Of a stretch of 64,000 bases of DNA, positions 54,734-63,046 are shown one piece after another. Origin of the DNA: Cytophagales bacterium. Lineage in GTDB: Bacteria; Bacteroidota; Bacteroidia; Cytophagales; Cyclobacteriaceae. Every line of letters begins with the position of its first letter. Within the stretch, counting starts at the first letter, position 1. The translations under genes and the position numbers were made by a program. Location: the NCBI GenBank assembly GCA_027317105.1, contig DAHVFH010000039.1, positions 7,891 to 71,890 of the forward strand, written 5' to 3'. The notes under the pieces are model-generated. The model was not told where the DNA came from. It saw nothing but the letters and a program-made list of their open reading frames with translations, and did not search any database.

Positions 54734-55687
54734 TCAGCCATTTTTTAAAATCTCACTCAACACCGACTGCGCAGCCCAAACACGATTAGCGGCTTGTTGC
54801 GTAACGATGCTATTGGAACTGTCTAACACTTCATCGCTCAGCTCAACATTTCGTCTCACCGGTAAGCAGTGCATCAGTTTGGCTTTATTCGTGACTTCTA
54901 ATTTTTTGTTGGTAAGCATCCATTTTGGATCGTTGCAGTAAATCCTTCCATAGTCTGAGTAGGTACTCCAGTTTTTAACGTAAACGAAGTCAGCGCCTTT
55001 TAATGCTTCTTCCTGATGGGTGGTGATCGTTGCGCCTTTCGTGAATTTTTCATCCAATTCATAATCTTCCGGATGAGAAATTACAAATTCTGCTTTGTCC
55101 CAGGCATTTACCCATTGTGAAAAACTATTGGCTACGCATTGGGGAAGTGCCTTTACATGAGGCGCCCAAGTCAATACAATTTTAGGTTTTCTTTTTTCTT
55201 GGAAGGATTCCGTGATCGTAATCAAGTCGGTGAGGCTTTGCAGCGGATGAAGCGTAGCACTTTCTAAACTCACCACCGGAATGCCACAATACTTTACAAA
55301 TTGATTGATGTATAATTCTTCGTAATCTTCTTCCTTGTTTTTCAACGATGGAAATGTGCGAATCCCCAGGATGTCAAAATATTTTCCCAGGATCGGTGCA
55401 GCCTCTTTCACATGTTCTACGGTGCTGCCGCTCATGATAGCCTCTTCTTCAAATTCAAGTGCCCAACCATCCTGCCCAACATTAAACACGATAGCGTCCA
55501 TTCCCAAATTCTGCGCTGCGATTTGTGTGCTCAATCGTGTGCGCATGCTTGGGTTAAGAAACAATAAACCAATTCGTTTGCCGCTCCCAAGGTTTTTATC
55601 AACCAGTGGATTTTTTTTATACAAAAGCGCTTTGTCAATTAACTTTTGGATTTCAGGTGAATCGTGTACGGATAAAAATGTCTTCAT
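54734..55687 (-). CDS. argF: N-acetyl/N-succinyl-ornithine carbamoyltransferase (ArgF' type)
   Basis: Carbamoyl-phosphate motif SMRTR (rather than STRTR), HPLQ and HCLP motifs. 317 aa, arg operon context. Confidence 0.85.
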   Translation of the reverse strand: MKTFLSVHDSPEIQKLIDKALLYKKNPLVDKNLGSGKRIGLLFLNPSMRTRLSTQIAAQNLGMDAIVFNVGQDGWALEFEEEAIMSGSTVEHVKEAAPILGKYFDILGIRTFPSLKNKEEDYEELYINQFVKYCGIPVVSLESATLHPLQSLTDLITITESFQEKRKPKIVLTWAPHVKALPQCVANSFSQWVNAWDKAEFVISHPEDYELDEKFTKGATITTHQEEALKGADFVYVKNWSTYSDYGRIYCNDPKWMLTNKKLEVTNKAKLMHCLPVRRNVELSDEVLDSSNSIVTQQAANRVWAAQSVLSEILKNG

Positions 55688-55690
55688 TGT

Positions 55691-56812
55691 TTATGAGAGT
55701 TCGATGGCTAATGCATTTAACAACAGATCAGCTTCTTCTTTTTTTAATGCGAGCGAAGGTAATAACCTCACCGTGTTGGGTTTAGCTTCACCTGTAAAGA
55801 CCCGATGTTTTTGTAATAAATTTGTCCTCAAGCCCGAAGAGGATTCAGGTAAGTCGAAGCCGATCATTAACCCACGGCCGCGAACTTGTGTTATTGTTTT
55901 AAATCCTTTTAATTTTTCGATCCAGTAATTGCCTAATTCAGTGGCGTTATTCATTAAGCTTTCGTTTTGGATAACCTCAAGCACGGCAAGAGAAGCTATG
56001 CAGGCTAGGTAGTTGCCTCCAAATGTTGTGCCGAGCATACCGCTCCACGGCTTGATTTCGGGAGCGATTAAAACTCCTCCAACAGGAAAGCCATTGCCCA
56101 TTCCTTTGGCAATGGTGATCAGATCAGGTTTAATTCCTGAGAATTGATGAGCAAAGAATTTCCCTGTCCGTCCGTAACCGGATTGCACTTCGTCAAGGAT
56201 AAGGAGTGCGCCTACTTCTTTACATTTTTTTGAAATCACTTGAAGAAAAGAATCATTGGGTAATTGGATTCCGCCAACGCCCTGAATCCCTTCAATAATG
56301 ACGGCAGCTATATCTGAATTTATCGCCTCCTTAAAAACTGCTTCATCATTCAAGGGAAGAAATTCAATTTGATGACCGGCATTGAAAGGGGCTACTATCT
56401 TTGGGTTATCGGTGGCGGCTACGGCTCCGGAAGTCCGGCCGTGGAAAGATTTTTTAAAGGCGATCACCTTTTTTCGTCCGTTAACAAACGAAGCTAACTT
56501 CAGCGCGTTTTCATTCGCTTCGGCTCCTGAGTTGCAAAGAAAAAGTTGGTAGTCAGGATAACCTGAAACTTCCCCAAGCTTTTCTGACAGTTGTTCTTGT
56601 AAAGGATTTTGAACGCTATTAGAATAGAACCCTATTTTGTCCAATTGATTTTTTAGCGCATCCACGTAATGAGGATGGCTGTGCCCAATCGAGATAACCG
56701 CATGACCGCCATACAAGTCCAAATATTTATTTCCTTGTTTATCCCAAAGCCAGGAGCCTCGAGCTTTTACAGGTTCGATGTTGAATAGCGGATATACGTC
56801 AAATAACTTCAT
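55691..56812 (-). CDS. argD: Acetylornithine (class III) aminotransferase
   Basis: Class III PLP aminotransferase pattern (LCNSGAEANE, ILDEVQSGYGRTG, TIAKGMGNGFP). Confidence 0.9.
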   Translation of the reverse strand: MKLFDVYPLFNIEPVKARGSWLWDKQGNKYLDLYGGHAVISIGHSHPHYVDALKNQLDKIGFYSNSVQNPLQEQLSEKLGEVSGYPDYQLFLCNSGAEANENALKLASFVNGRKKVIAFKKSFHGRTSGAVAATDNPKIVAPFNAGHQIEFLPLNDEAVFKEAINSDIAAVIIEGIQGVGGIQLPNDSFLQVISKKCKEVGALLILDEVQSGYGRTGKFFAHQFSGIKPDLITIAKGMGNGFPVGGVLIAPEIKPWSGMLGTTFGGNYLACIASLAVLEVIQNESLMNNATELGNYWIEKLKGFKTITQVRGRGLMIGFDLPESSSGLRTNLLQKHRVFTGEAKPNTVRLLPSLALKKEEADLLLNALAIELS

Positions 56813-56823
56813 GTTTCCTTTAC

Positions 56824-57864
56824 TTAAAATTTTTTATTGGCAATTCGTATCGCTTGCTTCAGTTTTTGTTGAAGCAATTTCTTGGAAGGTAAGGCTGTTA
56901 AATACTGGGCTACGCGGATGTTCCCTTTATCAAGGGTTAGCAGTTTGATATGCTCCTCACTTTTGTCGGCACCCAAAATTAAGCCAATTGGCGTTTCCTC
57001 TCCTGAAGTTTTTTCATTTTCATTTAACCAGTTGAGGTACAGTTCCATTTGCGCTTTATAGGCAGGCTTAAATTTGCCGAGCTTCAAATCAATAACGACT
57101 AACCGCTTCAATTTTCTGTGATAGAACAGCAGATCCATTCGATAATCTTCTCCATCAATGGTTATTTTTTTTTGCCTGGCCAGAAAAGCAAAGTCTGTTC
57201 CTAGTTCGATGATAAACCGTTGCAACTCTGATACGATCGCATTCTCTAGGTCTTTTTCGCTAAATGAATCAGAGAGGTTTAAAAAGTCCAACACATACGG
57301 GTCGCGAAAAATCAGATCGTGGCTTACTTTATTTTTTTCTCGCATATTAGCCAACTCCTTTTGTATGAGTTTTTCAGGCTTCTTAGAAATGACCGTTCGC
57401 TCGTAAAGCATACTGTCGATTCGTTCGCGCAATTGGCGTACGCTCCACTTCTCAGTGATGCTCATTTGCGTATAGAATGTTCGCTGCAGCTTATCTTTCA
57501 AGTAGATCAATTCTTTGAGATGTGACCAACTCAATTCTCTCGACAGTGTAGAGAGAATCTTCATCGAGCGAAAAGTCTCTACGGTGTAGAGACAATTCCA
57601 AAGTTGTGGCTTGCTCCAACCAGCACCAAATTCTTCGGTTAATTTTTTAGATAATTTTGTGATGATCTGTTCTCCGTATCTTGCTCTTTTGTTTTTTAGA
57701 ATATCTTGTTTGATCAGGCGTCCAATGTTCCAATAAAGTAAAGTTAGCTCCTGATTCACAATGGTGCTGACACGCTGCTTGCTTTGCGTGATAAGCGATG
57801 CCACCCGACTAAACAAATCACCATGTTTCAATGATTGGCGCTTGTCTTTAGTAAGCTTTTTCAT
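56824..57864 (-). CDS. YhcG-like PDDEXK nuclease-domain protein (DUF1016)
   Basis: N-terminal DUF1016-like helical region (NQELTLLYWNIGRLI...LSWSHLKELI) and a C-terminal nuclease core (RMDLLFYHRKLKRLVVIDLKLGKF...QMELYL). Confidence 0.75.
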   Translation of the reverse strand: MKKLTKDKRQSLKHGDLFSRVASLITQSKQRVSTIVNQELTLLYWNIGRLIKQDILKNKRARYGEQIITKLSKKLTEEFGAGWSKPQLWNCLYTVETFRSMKILSTLSRELSWSHLKELIYLKDKLQRTFYTQMSITEKWSVRQLRERIDSMLYERTVISKKPEKLIQKELANMREKNKVSHDLIFRDPYVLDFLNLSDSFSEKDLENAIVSELQRFIIELGTDFAFLARQKKITIDGEDYRMDLLFYHRKLKRLVVIDLKLGKFKPAYKAQMELYLNWLNENEKTSGEETPIGLILGADKSEEHIKLLTLDKGNIRVAQYLTALPSKKLLQQKLKQAIRIANKKF

Positions 57865-57885
57865 TTATGGCGCGTGGTCAGCTAA

Positions 57886-58686
57886 TTATTTTTTAATAGA
57901 ATTAATTTTCTCAAATGAAGTAATGATCCCCTTGATGAGCGCGGAACTTAACCCTTGATGTTCCATCTCGTTTAAGCCAGCGATAGTACATCCTTCTGGT
58001 GTAGTTACTTTATCAATTTCAATTTCAGGATGTGACTCGCGTGAAAGAAGGAGAGAAGCTGCGCCTTTGGCAGTCTGGGCGGCAATAAGTTGAGCTTCCT
58101 CAGCATCAAAGCCCATTTGAATTCCTCCCTGGGTTGCTGCGCGCACGTAGCGCATAAAGAAGGCAATGCCACTCGCTGCCAATACAGTTGCTGCTTTCAT
58201 TAATCGTTCCTCAACCACCAACGTCTGACCTAAGCCATCGAATAAATTCTTGATTTCCTCCAATTGTTTTGAGGTAGCATCTTTCGCGCAAAGGCAAGTC
58301 ATTGATTGGCCAATGGCAATGGCCGTGTTTGGCATTGCCCGAACAATTGGGGTTTTCTTTTGCAAATGGCCTGCAATTTCTTCGGTCGTGATTCCAGTGA
58401 TCGTTGAAACTAAAATTTGCTTTGAAGAAAGTGACGAAACGATCTCAGCGAGTAATGCTGCTAATTGTTTAGGTTGAACACACAGAACAATTAAGTCAGC
58501 GTTTTTGACACCTTCAATATTGTTCGTCTTTAATTGAAATCCCTCTTTTTTTAAATGCTCGATCTTGGTGAGGTTTCTTCGGGTAATAATGATGTCAGTA
58601 GACTTTGCCATTTTGGATTTTACCAAGCCCTGAGCGATGGCTGTACCCAAATTCCCTCCTCCGATAATTGTTATTTTTTTTGCCAT
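57886..58686 (-). CDS. proC: Pyrroline-5-carboxylate reductase
   Basis: IIGGGNLGTAIAQGL Rossmann motif, a RAMPNTA-type motif and C-terminal TPEGCTIAGL. Confidence 0.9.
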   Translation of the reverse strand: MAKKITIIGGGNLGTAIAQGLVKSKMAKSTDIIITRRNLTKIEHLKKEGFQLKTNNIEGVKNADLIVLCVQPKQLAALLAEIVSSLSSKQILVSTITGITTEEIAGHLQKKTPIVRAMPNTAIAIGQSMTCLCAKDATSKQLEEIKNLFDGLGQTLVVEERLMKAATVLAASGIAFFMRYVRAATQGGIQMGFDAEEAQLIAAQTAKGAASLLLSRESHPEIEIDKVTTPEGCTIAGLNEMEHQGLSSALIKGIITSFEKINSIKK

Positions 58687-58688
58687 GG

Positions 58689-59669
58689 TTAATAACCGAT
58701 TGATTTAAGATGAAGCCCTGTCGTCTCATCAAGTCCGAAAAGTAAATTCATATTTTGCACTGCCTGACCGCTTGCACCTTTTACTAGATTATCGATGGCA
58801 GAGTGGATCACCAGTTTGTCTTCCACTTTCTCTAAATGGATAAGTGCTTTGTTGGTGTTCACGACCAATTTCAAATCAATCATCGATTCAGAAACGTGCG
58901 TGAACGGATGTGATTCGTAATACTTTTTATAGAGTTCGTTCACTTCAGTTATATCTAATTTACAATTCACCATGGATGAAACATAAATCCCCCTTGTAAA
59001 ATCGCCCCGCCACGGAACGAAGTTTACATTTTCTTTAAAGTTGGGTTGGATTAAAGCGAGCGTTCTCTTGATCTCACCAAGATGTTGATGGGTTAAAGTT
59101 TTGTAGGCAGAAATATTATTGGCGCGCCATGTAAAATGCGTGGTCTCTTGCAGTTTTTGTCCTGCACCCGTTGATCCCGTGATCCCTGTGGCGTGTACTT
59201 CCCCTAATATTTTTTTTCCGGCAAGAGGCAGAAGGCCAAGTTGAATGGCAGTGGCAAAACACCCTGGGTTGGCAATGTTGTTGACTTTTTTTATTTCGTC
59301 TCGCTGGAATTCCGGAAGGCCATAAACAAATTCACGATTACCCACTTTATCGCCTAAACGAAAATCATTCCCGAGATCAATTATTTTTGTTGACGCTGTT
59401 ATTTTGTTTTCGGTTAGCCATTTTTTACTTTCTCCATGCCCCATGCAAAGGAATAAAACGTCAGCGTCTGATTGGCCTTCAGAAAACTTTAAAGTTGTTT
59501 CACCAATCAAATCGGTATGTGTTGCGGTTACAAGTTTCCCAACTTGGCTTCTACTTTGGGCAAAAATCAATTCTACGTTTGGATGACGCAATAGCAAACG
59601 AATAGTTTCGCCACCTGTGTAACCGGCTGCCCCAATGATGCCTGCTTTTATTTTATGTGTTGTGTTCAC
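58689..59669 (-). CDS. argC: N-acetyl-gamma-glutamyl-phosphate reductase
   Basis: GAAGYTGGE, catalytic-Cys motif ANPGCFAT. GTG start. Confidence 0.92.
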   Translation of the reverse strand: MNTTHKIKAGIIGAAGYTGGETIRLLLRHPNVELIFAQSRSQVGKLVTATHTDLIGETTLKFSEGQSDADVLFLCMGHGESKKWLTENKITASTKIIDLGNDFRLGDKVGNREFVYGLPEFQRDEIKKVNNIANPGCFATAIQLGLLPLAGKKILGEVHATGITGSTGAGQKLQETTHFTWRANNISAYKTLTHQHLGEIKRTLALIQPNFKENVNFVPWRGDFTRGIYVSSMVNCKLDITEVNELYKKYYESHPFTHVSESMIDLKLVVNTNKALIHLEKVEDKLVIHSAIDNLVKGASGQAVQNMNLLFGLDETTGLHLKSIGY

Positions 59670-59715
59670 GTTTTGATGTGTTGACGTTTTAATGTGTTTA
59701 AGTGTTTATGTTTTG
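59661..59715. repeat. Degenerate GT-rich ~16-nt tandem units in the argG-argC spacer
   Basis: TGTGTTCACGTTTTGA / TGTGTTGACGTTTTAA / TGTGTTTAAG / TGTTTATGTTTTG. Related to 15012-15059. CTGCCTACT repeats follow at 59756-59784. Confidence 0.5.
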
Positions 59716-59773
59716 CCTATTGCCCTTGTCAACGGCCATTTGGCAATTGCTAAAACTGCCTACTGTTAGCTGC

Positions 59774-60976
59774 CTACTGCCTACTTTTATTTCCGTCTTT
59801 CACCTGATGATAAATCGCCACTTGGTTTCCGAAAATTTTGGTAAACCCTTTCACGTCATCGCCAGTCCATCCTAGGTTCATCTCTCCGTATTTTCCAAAC
59901 TTAGCCGACATTAAGTCGTATGGCGAGGTGATGCCATTAATTTGAAAGCGGTAGGGTAGCAACGTGATCGAAACTTCGCCAGTAACTTGTTCTTGGGAGT
60001 CGGTCAAAAACGCTTCGATATTTCTCATGATCGGATCCAGGTATTGCCCTTCGTGAAGCCAGTTGCCGTAGAATTGAGCTAATTGATCTTTCCAGCTGAG
60101 TTGCCATTTGGTAAGCACGTGCTTTTCCAAAGCATGGTGCGCTTTGATTATCAAGACAGGAGCCGCAGCTTCAAAACCAACTCTCCCTTTTATGCCAATG
60201 ATGGTATCGCCTATATGGATATCGCGACCAATGCCGTAAGGCCCGGCAATCGATTGAAGAAACTGAATAGCTTCCACAGGATGAGAAAACTTTTTCTTGT
60301 TTACAGCAACGAGTTCACCCTTCTCAAAACCCAGCATGATTTCTTCATTTTCCTTTTTAGTTACCTGAGTTGGCCAGGCCTCTTCTGGCAACATACCAAG
60401 TGAGTTAAGAGTTTCTTTTCCACCTACCGAGGTTCCCCAGATTCCCTTGTTGATCGAATATTTAGCTTTCTCAGCACTAAAGGCAATTCCGTTAGCCTTC
60501 AGATAATTAACTTCCTCTTCGCGGCTCAATTTCTTGTCGCGGATGGGGGTGATGATTTCCAATCCTGGTGCCAGAATTTGAAACACCATGTCGAAGCGCA
60601 CTTGGTCGTTGCCTGCACCGGTACTTCCATGGGCAACCGCATCAGCATTGATTTCTTTGGCGTAATTGGCTACGGTCAGTGCTTGAGACATCCTTTCAGC
60701 GCTAACGCTCAATGGATAGGTGGCATTCTTTAATACGTTGCCATAAACCAAAAATCGGATTACTTTTTCATAATAGTTTTTAGTCTCCTCAATGGTTTTA
60801 TGTGATTTTGCGCCAAGATTTAAAGCTCTCTTTTCAATATCTTTGATTTCAGCATCATCAAAGCCGCCCGTATTCACTATAAGTGTATGGACTTCATAAC
60901 CGAGTTCTTTCGATAAATAAATTGCACAATATGAAGTGTCGAGTCCACCGCTAAATGCCAATACTACCTTTTTCAT
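59774..60976 (-). CDS. argG: Argininosuccinate synthase
   Basis: AFSGGLDTS ATP-binding motif, GSTGAGNDQVRF. 400 aa. Confidence 0.95.
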   Translation of the reverse strand: MKKVVLAFSGGLDTSYCAIYLSKELGYEVHTLIVNTGGFDDAEIKDIEKRALNLGAKSHKTIEETKNYYEKVIRFLVYGNVLKNATYPLSVSAERMSQALTVANYAKEINADAVAHGSTGAGNDQVRFDMVFQILAPGLEIITPIRDKKLSREEEVNYLKANGIAFSAEKAKYSINKGIWGTSVGGKETLNSLGMLPEEAWPTQVTKKENEEIMLGFEKGELVAVNKKKFSHPVEAIQFLQSIAGPYGIGRDIHIGDTIIGIKGRVGFEAAAPVLIIKAHHALEKHVLTKWQLSWKDQLAQFYGNWLHEGQYLDPIMRNIEAFLTDSQEQVTGEVSITLLPYRFQINGITSPYDLMSAKFGKYGEMNLGWTGDDVKGFTKIFGNQVAIYHQVKDGNKSRQ

Positions 60977-61016
60977 TTTTAGACCTAAAATTTATCGTTA
61001 TAATTATTAACCTACA

Positions 61017-61763
61017 TTACCAGAAAAGGAAGCTAAAAAAATTGGGTTTCTTTTGTTCATTATCGCCCTCTTTTTTGCGTCTTCCCTTTAAAAGGACAAA
61101 TTGTTTAAACTTTACCCAACGGTCAAACAATTTTAAATTTCCCTCGAATCTTCTCCTTTTATGGAATTCAATTTCCCCATCGGCAGTAACTACTTCTTTA
61201 ATCGGTTCAACGTGCTTTTTCGCGGCCTCCACAGGGTCGTAGAGCATGGCCGTACACATGCAGTTCTTGCGCTCTTTACTTTTTAATATCTCGTAATTCA
61301 CGCAACTAGTACAACCTTTCCAGAACTCTTCATCGGTGGTGAGTTCTGAGTAGGTGACCGGTTCGTACCCCAAGTCGGAGTTGATTTTCATTACGGCCAA
61401 ACCCGTAGTGAGTCCGAATATTTTAGCGTTGGGATATTTCTTTTTAGAAAGTTCAAAGACTTTCTTCTTGATCTCTGTGGCGACTCCGCTTTTACGATAA
61501 GGAGGTGAGACAATCAATCCGCTATTGGCCACAAATTTCTCATGTTCCCATGATTCGATATAGCAAAAGCCCACCCACTCTCCAGAATCGGAGATCGCAA
61601 TGACGGCCTTTCCTTCTTCCATCTTCCTGATGATGTATTCTGGCGACCTTCTGGCTATTCCAGTGCCACGCGCTTTGGCCGATTCGGCCATTTCGTTGAT
61701 AATTGTTTCTGCAAAATGTACATCAGCCATTGTGGCTTGACGCACAGAAATATTGTTGTTCAC
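61017..61763 (-). CDS. GNAT-family N-acyltransferase heading the arg operon (putative glutamate N-acyltransferase) with a Cys-containing C-terminal extension
   Basis: GNAT core (VSPPYRKSGVATEIKKKVF). GTG start. The C-terminal ~90 aa contains GCTSCVN...NCMCT and a basic tail. Confidence 0.7.
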   Translation of the reverse strand: MNNNISVRQATMADVHFAETIINEMAESAKARGTGIARRSPEYIIRKMEEGKAVIAISDSGEWVGFCYIESWEHEKFVANSGLIVSPPYRKSGVATEIKKKVFELSKKKYPNAKIFGLTTGLAVMKINSDLGYEPVTYSELTTDEEFWKGCTSCVNYEILKSKERKNCMCTAMLYDPVEAAKKHVEPIKEVVTADGEIEFHKRRRFEGNLKLFDRWVKFKQFVLLKGRRKKEGDNEQKKPNFFSFLFW

Positions 61764-61816
61764 GTTCGTTTCGAAGTTGTGTAAGTGTTAGGGATAAAAA
61801 ATAAAAAGCAAAAAGT

Positions 61817-61837
61817 CAAAATACCCTGGGTATTTTG
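61817..61837. promoter_or_regulatory. Perfect 10+1+10 palindrome upstream of the arg operon (candidate operator or hairpin)
   Basis: CAAAATACCC-T-GGGTATTTTG, 54-74 nt upstream of the GNAT start codon. Confidence 0.35.
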
Positions 61838-62166
61838 GATAATCCTACCAATAAAAGAGGCTGTTATCAGATTCGGATGCGCCTATGCGGTTGCCTGCCC
61901 ACACAGTGTACAGAGTTGTGGGACTTCAATGCCGGGCGGCAATTGATGGAATCAGCAATATTGGGGCCGTTCCGTTGTATGTTGAATTCTTTTTCCAATT
62001 CGCGTTTGTGGTTTTACCGTTAGATAAAAGGCATTCAGTTAATATTTGTTTACGCAAAATTAAACGTTAAAATTTTAAATAAGTCAATACCTTTACAAAG
62101 TTTTTATTAAATCTTGCCTTTCAACTGTTAGGTTGGGGTAATAACAAATCACTAAAGTAAACGATT

Positions 62167-63018
62167 ATGAGCAAGAAAATAGTTAGGGTTGGAAATATCG
62201 AATGTGGTTCCGATGAGCTTTTCCTCATCTCAGGTCCTTGTGTGATCGAAGAGGAGAAGATCATGATGAAGACGGCCGAAAAGCTTAAAGAGGTTTCGGA
62301 AAGGATGAAAATCAAGATTATCTATAAATCCTCCTTTCAAAAGGACAATCGCAGTAGTCTGAAATACTATAATGGCCCTGGCCTTGAAAAAGGAGTAAAG
62401 TTGCTGTCCAAAATCAAAGAACAGTTCGGTTTCCCCTTGTTGACGGACATCCATTACCCTGATCAGGCAGATGCAGCAGGGGCTGTAGTTGATGTACTTC
62501 AAATACCTGCTTATTTGTGTATGCAAACATCTTTAATGGTGGCAGCTGCCAAAACCGGACGGGTGATCAATATAAAGCACGGACAGTTTCTTGCTCCTGA
62601 CAATATGAAACACCCGGTCACCAAATGCGTGGAAGCAGGCAATGACCAGATTATTTTGACCGAACGCGGCTATACATTTGGTTATAACGACTTGATTGTA
62701 GACCCGCGAAGCTTTTATCACATGGGCAAAATCGGGTATCCGGTGGTGTTTGACATTACCCACTCCATTCGGAAGTATGGAATACCCAGCGCAGATGCTA
62801 AGGGCGGGGCTCGTGAATTTTTACCTGTGCTTTCTCGCGCAGGAGTGGCTTCCGGAGTAGACGGAATATTTGTGGAAACTCACCCAGAGCCTGAAAAGGC
62901 ACTATGCGATGCTGCCAGCCAACTGTGTGTTTATGATTTAGAAGAATTTTTGAAGCCGCTTATTGAACTTCATCAGATTGAAGTGAAATACCGCGAGCAA
63001 ACTGCTGTATTGAAATAA
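62167..63018 (+). CDS. kdsA: 3-deoxy-8-phosphooctulonate (KDO-8-P) synthase
   Basis: 283 aa. GPCVIE, FKSSFQKDNRSS, DVLQIPAYLCMQT, DITHS. Confidence 0.93.
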   Translation: MSKKIVRVGNIECGSDELFLISGPCVIEEEKIMMKTAEKLKEVSERMKIKIIYKSSFQKDNRSSLKYYNGPGLEKGVKLLSKIKEQFGFPLLTDIHYPDQADAAGAVVDVLQIPAYLCMQTSLMVAAAKTGRVINIKHGQFLAPDNMKHPVTKCVEAGNDQIILTERGYTFGYNDLIVDPRSFYHMGKIGYPVVFDITHSIRKYGIPSADAKGGAREFLPVLSRAGVASGVDGIFVETHPEPEKALCDAASQLCVYDLEEFLKPLIELHQIEVKYREQTAVLK

Positions 63019-63046
63019 CCATTAATAATAAACCCGAACTACAATT

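Noticed and set aside
55335-55928. 197-aa plus-strand ORF spanning the argF'/argD junction.
   Set aside because: It is antisense to two well-supported arg genes and crosses their boundary. No recognisable domain was found.
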